From: the human T2T-CHM13v2.0 reference genome, Homo sapiens
DNA length: 64,000 bases
Assembly (NCBI RefSeq): GCF_009914755.1
Contig: NC_060944.1
Reading direction: 5' to 3' (one strand)
The first letter of the stretch is position 1. The number at the start of each line of letters is the position of its first letter. Positions 28,300-41,400 of the stretch are shown here, one piece after another. The notes beneath the pieces are model-generated. The model ran no database searches and was not told the origin of the DNA. It worked only from the letters and a program-made list of their open reading frames with translations. The translations under genes and the position numbers were made by a program.

Positions 28300-28640
28300 G
28301 AGGAGAGACACAAAGCCCAGGCACGTGCGCCTCCCCATAGAGAAGCAGCAGACCGTGAAGGGAGGCGGGGCCGGGCGTGTGCCTGGACCGGGCGGGGCGG
28401 CGGCGCCGGGCGGGGCGACCAGGGGCGCGCGCGGGGGCCCCGCGCCCTCAGGTACATCTGCCGCACCTACCGGGCGACCCCCGAGTCCCGGCCCCCTTTT
28501 GGCCGCCCCATCGCCCTCCCACCCTGCCAGGCTGAGGAGCTGCGGACGCGCTGATTGGCTCCAGGGGAAGCGGGAGGCGAGAACAATGGCCCCCTCCCCC
28601 CGTTAAAAGGGAGCGGCTGCCGGGCCCGGGGACAGGGACG
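28300..28640 (+). promoter_or_regulatory. INSM1: INSM1 proximal promoter
   Basis: E-boxes CACGTG (28322) and CATCTG (28455), multiple GGGCGG boxes, inverted CCAAT (ATTGG 28554), SOX-like AACAAT (28582), TATA-like TTAAAA (28603). The last implies a TSS near 28630-28640. Confidence 0.72.
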
Positions 28641-28713
28641 CGCGTGCAGGGCGCAGAGCTGGGCCGAGCCGTCGCCGGCGCCACGCGAGTCCCGCAGCCG
28701 CCGCGCCCGGGCA

Positions 28714-28731
28714 ATGGGCCGGGGGCACTGA
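28714..28731 (+). other. Upstream ORF (MGRGH*) in the INSM1 5' UTR
   Basis: gcaATGG GC CGG GGG CAC TGA with G at -3 and G at +4. It ends 64 nt before the main ATG. Confidence 0.6.
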
Positions 28732-28795
28732 GGGCCGCCGGGGCCGAGCGCGGAGGGGGGACCGAGCCAGTGCCGTGCCCTCGGGCCGCGCCAAC

Positions 28796-30328
28796 ATGCC
28801 CCGCGGCTTCCTGGTGAAGCGCAGCAAGAAGTCCACGCCCGTTTCCTACCGGGTCCGCGGCGGCGAGGACGGCGACCGCGCACTGCTGCTCTCGCCCAGC
28901 TGCGGGGGCGCCCGCGCCGAGCCCCCGGCGCCGAGCCCGGTCCCCGGGCCGCTGCCGCCGCCGCCGCCCGCGGAGCGCGCCCATGCAGCGCTCGCCGCCG
29001 CGCTTGCCTGCGCGCCTGGGCCGCAGCCACCCCCGCAGGGCCCGCGGGCCGCGCACTTCGGCAACCCCGAGGCTGCGCACCCCGCGCCGCTCTACAGTCC
29101 CACGCGGCCCGTGAGCCGCGAGCACGAGAAGCACAAGTACTTCGAACGCAGCTTCAACCTGGGCTCGCCGGTCTCGGCCGAGTCCTTCCCCACGCCCGCC
29201 GCGCTGCTCGGAGGGGGCGGCGGCGGCGGCGCGAGCGGAGCTGGCGGAGGCGGCACCTGCGGCGGCGACCCGCTGCTCTTCGCGCCCGCCGAGCTCAAGA
29301 TGGGCACGGCGTTCTCGGCTGGCGCCGAGGCGGCCCGCGGCCCGGGCCCCGGCCCCCCACTGCCCCCTGCCGCCGCCCTGCGGCCCCCGGGAAAGCGGCC
29401 CCCGCCCCCTACCGCCGCGGAGCCGCCCGCCAAGGCAGTCAAGGCCCCGGGCGCCAAGAAGCCCAAGGCCATCCGCAAGCTGCACTTCGAGGACGAGGTG
29501 ACCACGTCGCCCGTGCTGGGGCTCAAGATCAAGGAGGGCCCGGTGGAGGCGCCGCGGGGCCGCGCGGGGGGCGCGGCGCGGCCGCTGGGCGAGTTCATCT
29601 GCCAGCTGTGCAAGGAGGAGTACGCCGACCCGTTCGCGCTGGCGCAGCACAAATGCTCGCGCATCGTGCGTGTGGAGTACCGCTGTCCCGAGTGCGCCAA
29701 GGTCTTCAGCTGCCCGGCCAACCTGGCCTCGCACCGCCGCTGGCACAAACCGCGGCCCGCGCCCGCCGCCGCCCGCGCGCCGGAGCCAGAAGCAGCAGCC
29801 AGGGCTGAGGCGCGGGAGGCACCCGGCGGCGGCAGCGACCGGGACACGCCGAGCCCCGGCGGCGTGTCCGAGTCGGGCTCCGAGGACGGGCTCTACGAGT
29901 GCCATCACTGCGCCAAGAAGTTCCGCCGCCAGGCCTACCTACGCAAGCACCTGCTGGCGCACCACCAGGCGCTGCAGGCCAAGGGCGCGCCGCTAGCGCC
30001 CCCGGCCGAGGACCTACTGGCCTTGTACCCCGGGCCCGACGAGAAGGCGCCCCAGGAGGCGGCCGGCGACGGCGAGGGGGCCGGCGTGCTGGGCCTGAGT
30101 GCGTCCGCCGAGTGCCACCTGTGCCCAGTGTGCGGAGAGTCGTTCGCCAGCAAGGGCGCTCAGGAGCGCCACCTGCGCCTGCTGCACGCCGCCCAGGTGT
30201 TCCCCTGCAAGTACTGCCCGGCCACCTTCTACAGCTCGCCCGGCCTTACGCGGCACATCAACAAGTGCCACCCATCCGAAAACAGACAGGTGATCCTCCT
30301 GCAGGTGCCCGTGCGCCCGGCCTGCTAG
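28796..30328 (+). CDS. INSM1: Insulinoma-associated protein 1, intronless SNAG/zinc-finger repressor, 510 aa
   Basis: N-terminal SNAG motif MPRGFLVKR, Pro/Ala/Gly-rich region, five zinc fingers (CQLC.., CPEC..HRRWH, CHHC..HLLAH, CPVC..HLRLLH, CKYC..HINKCH), ends VPVRPAC-TAG. The true ATG is 21 nt downstream of the ORF-track GTG start. Confidence 0.99.
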   Translation: MPRGFLVKRSKKSTPVSYRVRGGEDGDRALLLSPSCGGARAEPPAPSPVPGPLPPPPPAERAHAALAAALACAPGPQPPPQGPRAAHFGNPEAAHPAPLYSPTRPVSREHEKHKYFERSFNLGSPVSAESFPTPAALLGGGGGGGASGAGGGGTCGGDPLLFAPAELKMGTAFSAGAEAARGPGPGPPLPPAAALRPPGKRPPPPTAAEPPAKAVKAPGAKKPKAIRKLHFEDEVTTSPVLGLKIKEGPVEAPRGRAGGAARPLGEFICQLCKEEYADPFALAQHKCSRIVRVEYRCPECAKVFSCPANLASHRRWHKPRPAPAAARAPEPEAAARAEAREAPGGGSDRDTPSPGGVSESGSEDGLYECHHCAKKFRRQAYLRKHLLAHHQALQAKGAPLAPPAEDLLALYPGPDEKAPQEAAGDGEGAGVLGLSASAECHLCPVCGESFASKGAQERHLRLLHAAQVFPCKYCPATFYSSPGLTRHINKCHPSENRQVILLQVPVRPAC

Positions 30329-31480
30329 AGCGCGCCCTCCACCCCGGCCCCCGAACTGTGCCTTCGCTTGGAGACCCACAAAGAGAGTGCGCCCTGCACG
30401 CCCCGAACCCGAGTCCGCGCTGGGGGAGCCTCGCCCCCGCCCCCACCGGGTGAAAGTGTCGTCTCCGCTTCTCTCGGTGTGGCGTGACGGTAACCCCATA
30501 CTCTCCTTTTGACTCCTTTTGGAACCCCCACTTTTACGTTGTGTCCCTCCGCCTCCCCCATGGCGCAACAGGAGTCAGTCTCTTTCTGTACAAGGGAGAA
30601 AAGCTGTACGCGTTTGTCTCGTGGTTGGAAGCCTCCCCTTGGCGGGGAGAAGCTTTTTTTCTTGCTAGTATTCGCTGTGTTCATGGTCTAGAAATGCGGT
30701 CTGGTCTCGCCTCGCCTACCAATCTCTGCTCTCTATGTATGTAGCGTACGGGTTGTTTTGGGTGAATCTTGAGGAATAAATGCCTTTATATTTCACAGGC
30801 TGTAAATTGAACTTCCCACACGATTAGCTTTATTATGGCTTGTGAACTGCTGGAGTCTGGCTTTACCTTTTTGTATGTGAACAAATCAAATTGCTTAAAA
30901 AAGAGTTTTCTTTAGTATAGCCACAAATGCCTTGAACTGTTGTCTGGGATTGTTTTGTGGGGGGAGGGAAGGGAGTGTTCCGAAGATGCTGTAGTAACTG
31001 CCTCAGTGTTTCACGTAAGACTTTTTGGTTTGATCATCTTTGTTGAGGTAGGACTATCAGTTCCCTCTAAATGTATATGTTGATTTATGAGTAATTGTTA
31101 TTTATTCTTTATTTATTTATATTAATTATGAAGATTATGATATTATTTGATTGCAGATTTTTTTGGCGCGCTGCCCCCTCCCCACCCTGCCACTCTTGAC
31201 ATTCCACTGTGCGTTTTAGAAGAGAGCCTTTTTCTAAAGGGATCTGCTTAAAGTTTTAACTTTTATACCTATCTGAGTGAATTACAGACAACCTATCATT
31301 TATTCTGCTTCGAGGGTCCCCAGGGCCCTTGTACAACCGACAGCTCTTACTTTTAAATGCAATCTCTTTTCTACATACATTATTTTCTTAATTGTTAGCT
31401 ATTTATAGAAAGCTTCAATAGAACTGTTTCAACTGTATAACTATTTACTATTCAAATAAAATATTTTCAAAGTCAAAGTG
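30329..31480 (+). other. INSM1: INSM1 3' UTR with proximal and distal poly(A) signals and AU-rich tract
   Basis: AATAAA at 30775-30780 and 31455-31460 (the latter followed by a GT-rich stretch). ATTTA cluster at about 31084-31150. Confidence 0.8.
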
Positions 31481-34400
31481 TGGTGGCCTGATTTCTGCAT
31501 CACATGCTTTCAGGACGAATTTAAAATAGAGCTTCTGATGGTTTCTTAAAATGTAACTTTATTTTTTATTAGGAAAAAGGGAACCACCAGGATGGTGGGT
31601 TTTCAGAGCTGAACCTCAGCTGCGGAACTCTGCCCTTCTGGCAGCCTGAGGGTATAGCCTTGGTAGCGGCTGGCTGAAACAAGCCTTGTTGGGGTCCTTA
31701 GTAATGTGCCAGGAGGCGGGTTAGAATGAAGGCCCTGGGCATCTTTTCAGAGAAATCTAGATCAGTGTCCCTAAGAAGCTGTTCTTTGCACTGCACTTTC
31801 ATTTAGCAAGTCCTTCATTCCCAAAAATTTGGGGCTCAGGGTGATAGTAATTCCTCAGATAAATAAAGTGGGTAGTTTTTGTTCACGACAAGAAAGGAGA
31901 AATGACTTTACCGTCAGATTTGCAAAGCACGGGCAGCAACCCGATTCACATTTGGATGCAATGGGAAGTTAAGCAACTGGGGGCAAGGGCTTAGAAATAA
32001 TTTTCCAATCAGGTGAGCAGTCTGTTTGGGGGGAAAATGGAACACCATCTGTTTGGGGTATTAAATTTAATAACAGGTAATTACAATGTTTTCCATTATG
32101 TGTCACTCAGCTCTTTCAAGAACAATTCTGACTCTCACCAGTGAATATTTTGGGTTGTTTTCCTCTGTCTTGGAAACATCTCATGAAGGAGCTGTGCTAA
32201 ATCTCACAATTGTGCATGTGTGTGTTCCCTTCCTTTTGTGTGTTTTTGCTGCCTTTTTTTTTTTCCTGAGGTCCGCTAAAGCTAACATTTGCCTGCCAAA
32301 GAGATTTTAGAAATCTGCACAGTAAAGGGATTTGCATCTCCAAAGAAGAGCTGGAATGAGGCTGGGAAGGGCAGTCCATGAGGAACTTGGAAGGACAAAC
32401 TGAGGAAAGAGATCATTTTCAGATTGTGAGCCTCAAGTTTTCTGTGGGACGGGGTTTAGCTAGCAGGCTCAGCTAGCAGGAATGTGGAATATTCCTCCCT
32501 TTGTGAGGGTCTGGAAACAGCCTTCGAATAACAATGAAGGAGAAACCTCTACAGGTAAGTTGCCTCCAGGACAAATTGCATGGAGCTTTTTATCACTGAT
32601 GACTACATATTTTACCAGTTTGGAAAATAAAAGAACAAAAAGCTCAGGGCTGGTACAATAGGAAAGCACAGGGACAGAGCAGCATTTATAACATCCTAAA
32701 AACTTTAAACGAAACAAAGAAAAACTCAAATGTGTGGGTTGATGGCTGCTGCTTCTCCCCTCCTGCAACAGTAATACTGGAGAATGGGAGCATTGAAAAT
32801 ATTCTCTCTGAGTTACACCAAACATTAAAAGATACCCCAAACTGAGGGTCAGTGTATGCACGTTCTGTGGCAATAAAGTTTCCTTAAAAACTGGAAGATT
32901 GGCCGCACATGGGGAGTCCAGACTCGTCTGCAGGAATGGTAGCTTGTAACTATGTTGGGCTCACTGTGGTTCTCGTCTGTAATCACAAAAACATGAATTC
33001 ATCTAAGATCCACCTTCATGAGGGTAAATATAATTTGGTTGTTCACAAACATGTTCCTTCATCCCCTGTATAAATTTATTTCAATGGAATAAATGGAACC
33101 CGAAACATCTATGTGAGATATTAAATGAAACTGTATAGTAAATGGAGTTGAAGGCAATGAAACAGCGTAGAAATAGAAAAACTTGGTCAATTTTTATCAC
33201 GGTAACACAATATGAGTTAGCAGAATATAGGAAGGGAATCAGGCTCTCTCCCCTTTTGCTTGCCTCCCTGGATAATACGTTCACAAGGTTCCCATTCGAG
33301 AACATCACGTTGAAACGCACACACTTTTTAACAAATCTGTGAAGGAGGCTGTAGGCATTCCGTGTGTTCTGGGGCTGCTGCAAGCTGGGAAGGCCATCTG
33401 TGGAAACTGCCCGAGAATTCCCTACCATCCCACAGCAAGGATTTGGTGGTGAGAGGCCCAGGGGGTCAGGAAAAGTAGTAAGGTTAAGGAGGGAGGAGCT
33501 AAAAGAGGGAAGAAATAAAGGAAGAGATTTGATTTTTGCCAGTGCCTTCACCCTTCTCTACTTCCATACAAATGTGGTATAATAAAAAGCAAAAGGCTGT
33601 TCAGCATTCCTTTGGTTCCACAATGAGCCTGTGGCTAGAACAGCTGCACGCCACGCTGGTTGAGCCCTTTCTCCAGAGTTACTATGTCCTCTCGAAGCAG
33701 CTTCCCCTGTTGCCTGCTTTGCTTTTTCCCTGGAGGCCTGGAAACGCTGGGGTTCTTGCCGCCCTCGGAGCAGGCACGTTGTACTGGCAAGAGTTTGACT
33801 TGTGTGACTCACTCGGAGGCCTGTGCTTCGAGGCACGCCTTCCTTCTGTGTAGCACCATGGACTAAGTGATCGCACCTTTCAGCTGATCCTGGGCCTGTC
33901 ACTGGGTTCAATCTGGGAGTACCCAGATCTTGCAGAGCAGAAATGAAGCCAGGAGCCTGGCTGGACTCCAGCTGCACAAGGGCACCTGTCGGCATGTTGG
34001 GGTCCTGCAGAGACCTGGGTGTGCAACATCGGCCAGGGCAACACTAGCCACAGGTGGATGCGCCTAGCACGTCCGTGCCCAGATGCTGCCGAGGAGGGTG
34101 TGACATTTCTCATCAGCTTCCCTTTGCTCTGTGAGTAGCTATCTCCTCCCCCAGTTGGGCTGAACTCCACAGCCATCCACAGAGTCTTCAAAACAAAGCA
34201 GAAGCGTCTCCTAACCACCCTGAGTGACCTGATAACACTACAGGAATTCTTCATGTATCAACTGTCTTGCAAAAGAGACAGGGGCCTCATATAAGGTTGG
34301 GCTTTCTGAAGTTGAGTCAGTTGACTTCCTGAAAGCGTCAGTCTCCTCATCTGTAAACCAGAGATCATACTCCTGGCAGATGCCCTGAGGGTCTCTGGAG

Positions 34401-37400
34401 CCTTTGTGGGACATTTGGGAAAGATTCCTGAGCCCAGGAGATGAAGGGCAGTGAGGAGCCCAGAGGGACCTGCATTTTTCGCTTAGACAGGGGCACTCCT
34501 CTTTGCCAGAAGTACTGTTCCATGGCATTGAGGATTCGTTACATACCCACTGGCCTGTGGCAGGGTTACTTTGAGCGAAACTTGCTTTTTGCAGAACGGA
34601 CATTCAGGTCTTGTAGAAAAATTTTCTGGCAAATAGACCCAAGGCGAAGTCTATGGAATCATATATGGGATAAGATGAGTCCCCCAGTTAGCTTCTTACA
34701 GAGCTAGAATTAGTTACGGTTCTTTGATGGTCAGACTAAAGGAATTTGTAATGCTCTGGTAGTTAAAGTTACAGACGATGGAATTTAGAGATCGAAGAGG
34801 AAACTGAGTTGTAGAGAGAAATCCACAGGTGGCAAAACATACCAGTGTGAGAACCAACTGAATAGCAACATGCAGGGATCTTGATTCCATTTAATCGTCA
34901 AGGAGGTACCAAAGCGGGGAGTTCAAAGTGGCGACCTAAAGACACTCAGCTTCTCATCTTCAATGATGGAAACATCTCATGGGTCTTTTGGCAACACAAC
35001 CCCAAATAGCCCCAAAATCCCACCCAGGCGGGAAAGATAGCAGCTGAAGGCATCTTCAAGTTCCATCCCATCATATCTATTGGAGAAACATCGTTTCTCT
35101 ACTGCCTGCCTGCAACATTAAATGACCAATACTCATAGGGAAAGTCTGGTGAACTCATGACTCCTGGGTTCTAATATGGCAATTGTCACTAGCAGGCACA
35201 TCAGCAACACAAAGACAAGTTCAGCAGTGGAGGTGGCTCTATAACTTAAGGAGACCTGGTCACAAGTCCCCCAAGAGCCCAGTGATCCTAGAATAAAGAA
35301 CTCTTCACAAACATGCAGAGCCAGAAGACCATCCTCTGAAGGGCTGCAGCCTAGAGTTCCTCGTGTCCCCTCGCACCTTCATCAGCTAAGGTTTCCAAGT
35401 GAGGCCAGGTATGTTGACTCTTCAGGAAGAAGGGACCAGAGATGGATGGCACCTGCTTGCCCAGTGATCTCGATGACTAGGGACTGGGGAACTACAGCCT
35501 CCTTCTGACACTGCTAAGGAAACAGATCAATACTTTTCAACATCCCCTCACCTTTTGCAAACAACCAGCTACAGGTTTTGGTGTCATCAGGGCAACTTCC
35601 CAGGCAAGAGGATTTTCTGAAGATGATTGAGTCCTGCTTCTTTGGACACATCCCTCATGAGGACCTGCAGGAGGAAATTAACACAGGCCACATTGGGTTT
35701 TGAAAGTCACAGAGCCTCATGAGAAGGGTCAACCCAGCAAGGGATGTGCGATGGACCTTTGGGGTGAAGGGAATTGATTTCTCATAGCTAGATGAGATAA
35801 TCAAACTGGCTTACAAATTTACCAATCACAACTACTTTTTGGTCATTATTAAGGCTTGATATGCTTCTCAGAATCACAGAGCACCTTTGAGCATATGATA
35901 TGGAGTCAGTTAACACGTTTTCACTAACCCAAACACACTCCTTCGTATCTTAAGCCCCTACCGTCATCATTTGTACCCCGCATACTTGGATTGTGGGCTT
36001 GCTGTGTAGCATCTGGAAAGTGGAATGTCCAGGACCTGCTGCTTCCTTCTGGCAGTGTATATGCTGAGCAGATGGGTTCTGGGGTGATCGCCTTCGTGTT
36101 TGTCTTGTTTGAAGATTTCTATCCTGTGTGGTCTTCCTGGTGGTATTTCCACACAAAGCATCAGCAGTAACGTTTTTTCTCTAGTTCCTCGCATAAGCTC
36201 ACACCACGGAGACAAACCATCCTTAGAACATTCAACATTCACCGCATTGAAACGAAACTTACAGAATGTTCACTGCCAGCAGGACACATTCAAAGGCATG
36301 ATTACTGAGAGCCTGTTTCCAGCATGCCATGTGCACGCCCTGCAGCTCCCCCAATGTCTATGAGAAGCTTATTTGCACAATTTGCCTCTAGTTTCCCAGA
36401 GCTGCCTCCCCTTCATCAGAACCCAGGCGTCCCCTGCTCCTTCCCTGTGGTTTGAACCAGCAGACCAAGCATTGCGCAGCAGGGAGACAATAATGCTGGC
36501 AACGTCAACCTGAATTCATTCTTCTTCTCTTTCACTCGTCAAAGAAGGGCCTTTTATTTGAATGCAACATCTGCTTCGTCTCTGTTGTGCAAGACCAGGG
36601 CCCTGATGCAATGCCCCCTTCTCAAACACCACAGCCAGGTGACAGTCACACCTGACGGTGACAGGATGAAGAGAGGGAGCCAAGAGGCTATTATGTGTCA
36701 AATCTGATAGGATGCAGAGGAGGCGTTACAGCATGGAAGGGTGGGTTTTAGAGGAGGGCGCTTTCCACAGGAGGAAAAAACATCAGGCTACAGTTTCCTC
36801 CCAGCATAAAGAACAGAAAAGGATGGGGAAGTTAGGCTGTAACACATGTGTCCAGTGTTGCCATTTAAAAGCTTGTAACATCAATCGATTGCAGTTCTTT
36901 TCTACTGCTATTTATCAACTACAGTATGTAAAACGAGCCTTTACCATTTTATGAGTACAGCTACAAGGAGATTGTTATTAGGAGATGGGCAGAAACCAAT
37001 AGGAAAGGTGCGCATGAGAATGATCAGGTTGAGACTGCCCAGGACAAAGGCGGCTGGATCAATCAAATCTGGGTGCCCAATTTGGAACAGAATCATGTTA
37101 GATTTCATCAAATATTTTATACCATAAAGGAACACATTCTGTTTTCCTCACGTTTGGAATAGATCTTTATTGTGTCTTTTGAAACATTATGTTTTTTGTT
37201 CTGTTAATCACAGAGAAAACCATGTTTTCCCCTCAGTATTTTCAAAATTTGGTAATTCAGATTAAAAAGGACAAAAAACAATTAAATGCATATTAGACCT
37301 ACCTTAACTTATTTGTAGCAGTAAATGTGACCTTACATTCTAAGATTATATTGGGATTCCAGAATTACTGCCATCATTGCAGTATTTCACAATCTCTATT

Positions 37401-37427
37401 ATTATTATTATAACAGAAAAGGCTAGA

Positions 37428-37640
37428 CTAGGGGTTGGTAAACTAAGGCCTACTGGCTCAATCCAGCCTGCTTTTGTAAATAAAGTTTTATTGGCATATA
37501 GCCATGTTCACTCACATACTCAGCCTCTATGGCTGTTTTCATGCGACAGCAGCAGAGTTTAGTAGTTATGATAGAGGCCACGTGGCCTTCAAAGCCTAAA
37601 ATATTTACTATTCGCCCCTTTATAGAAAAAGTTTGCCGAC
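37428..37640 (+). mobile_element. MER58A-like hAT-Charlie element
   Basis: aggggttggtaaacta...gtaaataaagttttattgg...aaagcctaaaatatttacta...gaaaaagtttgccgac. Confidence 0.78.
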
Positions 37641-37849
37641 AAAATATCATGCAATAGACAATAAAATAGTGCAGTAATTCCTCCCCTTGATTAGATAGAA
37701 ATTTTGTCCTTATGAAGACTGCTTTGCTCAGTTGTGTGTTGCGCGTCATAAACTCACTCAGCATTCATAAGTCTTGAAAATTGCAAAATTTAGTATCACT
37801 GTTTTTACAGGTGTCACTGCCTAAGGTACCATGTTTTTTGTTTTTTGGA

Positions 37850-38151
37850 TTTTTTTTTTTTTTTTTTGAGACAGTCTCACTGTGTCACCCAGGCTGGAGT
37901 GCAGTGATGCGATCTTGGCTCACTGCAACCTTCGCCTCCCTGGCTCAAGTGACCCTCCCACCTCAGTCTCCTGAGTAGCTGGGACTGCAGGCATGTGCCA
38001 CTACATCCGGCTAATTTTTGTATTTTTTTTAAGTAGAAATGGGGTTTCACCATGATGGCCAGGCTGGTCTCGAATTCCTGGCCTCAAGTGATCCACCTGC
38101 CTCGACCCCCTGAAGTGCTGGGATTACAGGCATGAACCACCATGCCTGGCC
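37850..38151 (-). mobile_element. Alu (AluJ-like)
   Basis: Reverse Alu dimer. Confidence 0.9.
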
Positions 38152-38177
38152 AAGGTGCCATGTTTTTTTAACCTGAT

Positions 38178-38484
<307 letters not shown>

Positions 38485-38723
38485 TGATAATTTAAATAAG
38501 GAAGTTTACTAGTTTTTCTGAAAGTTGGAAACGGCTTCCAAGATAGTTTTATTAATATTGTTCCTGTTCATATCAGTTACAGGAACTCTCAGACAACACA
38601 CACAAATCACAATCTGTTAAGTCAGCCACAGAAATCTACACAGAACAGGAGGGTTATCTCCTGGTTTGAAAGTTGTTTTCTCACTGCAGTGATGGTTTAA
38701 TTTGTCAGGTGAAGTCACAACTC

Positions 38724-39141
38724 TTAGGTTGAACCATAGGACATTGCTGTTTTTTTTGTTTTTTTTTTTTTGTTTTTTTTTTTGAGACAGGATCTCACTC
38801 TGTTGCCTGGGCTGAAGTGCAGTGGCACAATCTCAGTTCACTGCAACCTCCGCTTCCCAGGTTTGAGTGATTCTTGTGCCTCAGCCTCCTGAGTAGCTGG
38901 GATTACAGGTGTGTGCCACCACGTCTGGCTTTTTTTTTTTTTTTTTTTTTTTTTGTATTTTTAGTAGAGATGGGGTTTCACTATGTTGCCCAGGCTGGTC
39001 TCCAACTCCTGGCCTCAAGTGATCTGCCCGCCTCAGCCTCCCAAAGTGCTGGGATTACAAGTGTGAGTGCTTGGCTCATTGCTGTTTTTATAAGTAAAAA
39101 TAAAAACTTTGCTATCAATAATTTTATATGGCTTAACCTAA
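38724..39141. mobile_element. MADE2-like mariner MITE split by an Alu
   Basis: Termini TTAGGTTGAACCATA ... TATGGCTTAACCTAA. The internal Alu is flanked by TSD CATTGCTGTTTTT (38742 and 39077). Confidence 0.68.
38755..39076 (-). mobile_element. Alu (J/S-type) inserted in the MITE
   Basis: Reverse Alu with expanded middle A-tract and TSD. Confidence 0.9.
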
Positions 39142-40577
39142 CATTTCAAGGATTTTTGTAAACATTAACTTAAAAATTGAGTTAAAGACAGAATATAACT
39201 TTAACTCAGAATTGAATTGTTTCAAAAGTGTGTTAATTTAATAGCAACAAGCACCTTCCTGGCAACTGATGACCTCTTTTAATTGTGCTAGCGTTTGAGC
39301 ATTTGGAGGATATAGATCAATGTCCACCAATGAGAATTCTGCTCTGATTAGAGGTTCACAACCATTACTTGAAACTTTTTTCTAAAGCAGGTTTCTGACC
39401 CTGTCCCATGAGCATCTCCCTTACAGTGGTGCTGGTGGACAACGTGTTGTACTTCTGTAGTATGTATCATTTAGAGCCCTGCCACTCAAAGTGTGGCTCA
39501 AGGACCTGTAAGTCCACATCCCCTGGGAGCAGAAGTGCCAGCCATGCTTCGGGCCTCCTAAGTCAGAATCTGTATTTTAACAGGATCCCCAGGGAATCTC
39601 TATGTCCGTTGATGTTTTACAGGCACTGGTTAAAAATTTGAGGTCTTGGTCATAGAGTAAGTTCTCCCAGTTGTTGCCCCAGTAAATTTGGCCTCGGAAG
39701 GGTTGATGGCTTGGGCACCAACCCAGGGACGCTAACCCCAACTCACGATGGGTTCATAACAATGCTAACAGACTAAATTCATATTAACATTTTAAGGATG
39801 TTTGGTAGCAATTCATTAAAAATTGAGTTAAAGACAGAAGATAACTTTAACTCAGCAACTTTAGCTGACCAACTTTGCGTGGTCCAAGGTCTTCATATGA
39901 ATTACTCAGTGAGTTCTCACAATGCCTCCAAGAGGTTGGAGCCGTCATTACCCTGTGTAACATCTGAAGAAATGGAAGGCCCTGTGAAATGATGTGGGCT
40001 GAAAGTGCGGAAATTTAGTTGAGATCAAGAAAGTTCATAAAGAGAAACCTCCAAGGCAGCAATTGCTCCAGTGTGGGAGAATTCAAATGGACAGTGAAAT
40101 ACCGGGGCCTTGGTTCCACCTACTTGTCAAGGGGCTCCTACAGCAGGGAGTGCAATACGGTGGCCCAGGAACATGTATGGTTCTCAGTCCAGACCGTGAA
40201 ACAGTTGATTTGTGCTTTGGCAATTTGACTCCAAAATAATGGGCTGAAAGTCCCATCCGGGAGAGAGAGCGAGAAGCCAAATGTAACATCATTTCCAGTT
40301 ATTTCTTATCTTACGCATTGGAGAAACTTGTTATTTCTACATGACCCAACTTGCAAACACAAATAACAGATGCTGGCGAGAGAACTGGGTAAATTTAGTA
40401 CTGCGTGATGTTAACTACGGCTCACACTGGTATCTGCGTCGTAGCAGATTCTAGATTCGACACCACTTTTTGCTTTGCTTTAACGTGCTGCAGATGCAAA
40501 CTGTAAGAGAGGCAAGAATTCACTGTGAATGGTGGCGTCGTAAGCAGCTCCACAGTGAGGATATTGCTGAAAGTTAG

Positions 40578-41009
<432 letters not shown>

Positions 41010-41400
41010 TAACATCAGGGCAGCAGAGGGACTCAAATGGGCTGGACCTAAACCCTAACTCTGAGATGCAAAGTCTAGTAATATTTAACAAAATGATTCA
41101 ATTAAAAATTTAATTTTATATCTCAAAGAGAGTGCCAATGTTTCAGCTTCAGGAAGTGACAGATTTTGATAATCCTAGCAGGTCACTCTCTCTTCCGCCG
41201 TGGTGAGATTTCATGTGCTCACATGCAAAAGAACCCAGCCCCTTCTCCAGCATGCTGGGGCTGTTAGGGGCCAGGGGTTTGGAGCACAAACGCCTGCTTT
41301 CATCATTTCATCGCCACCATTTTTGGGTGGCCATGGGCAAGTTATTAACCCTCTCTGCCTGTTTTCTCACTGATAAAATTAGGAAAGAGTAGTGCCCACC

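Larger units (their letters stand above)
27150..30500. promoter_or_regulatory. INSM1: CpG island covering the INSM1 promoter and entire CDS
   Basis: Very high GC and CpG density. Confidence 0.92.

Noticed and set aside
28448-29908. 486-aa and other long antisense/alternate-frame ORFs over INSM1
   Set aside because: Shadow ORFs expected from extreme GC content and codon bias; low-complexity Arg/Ala/Gly sequence with no domain.
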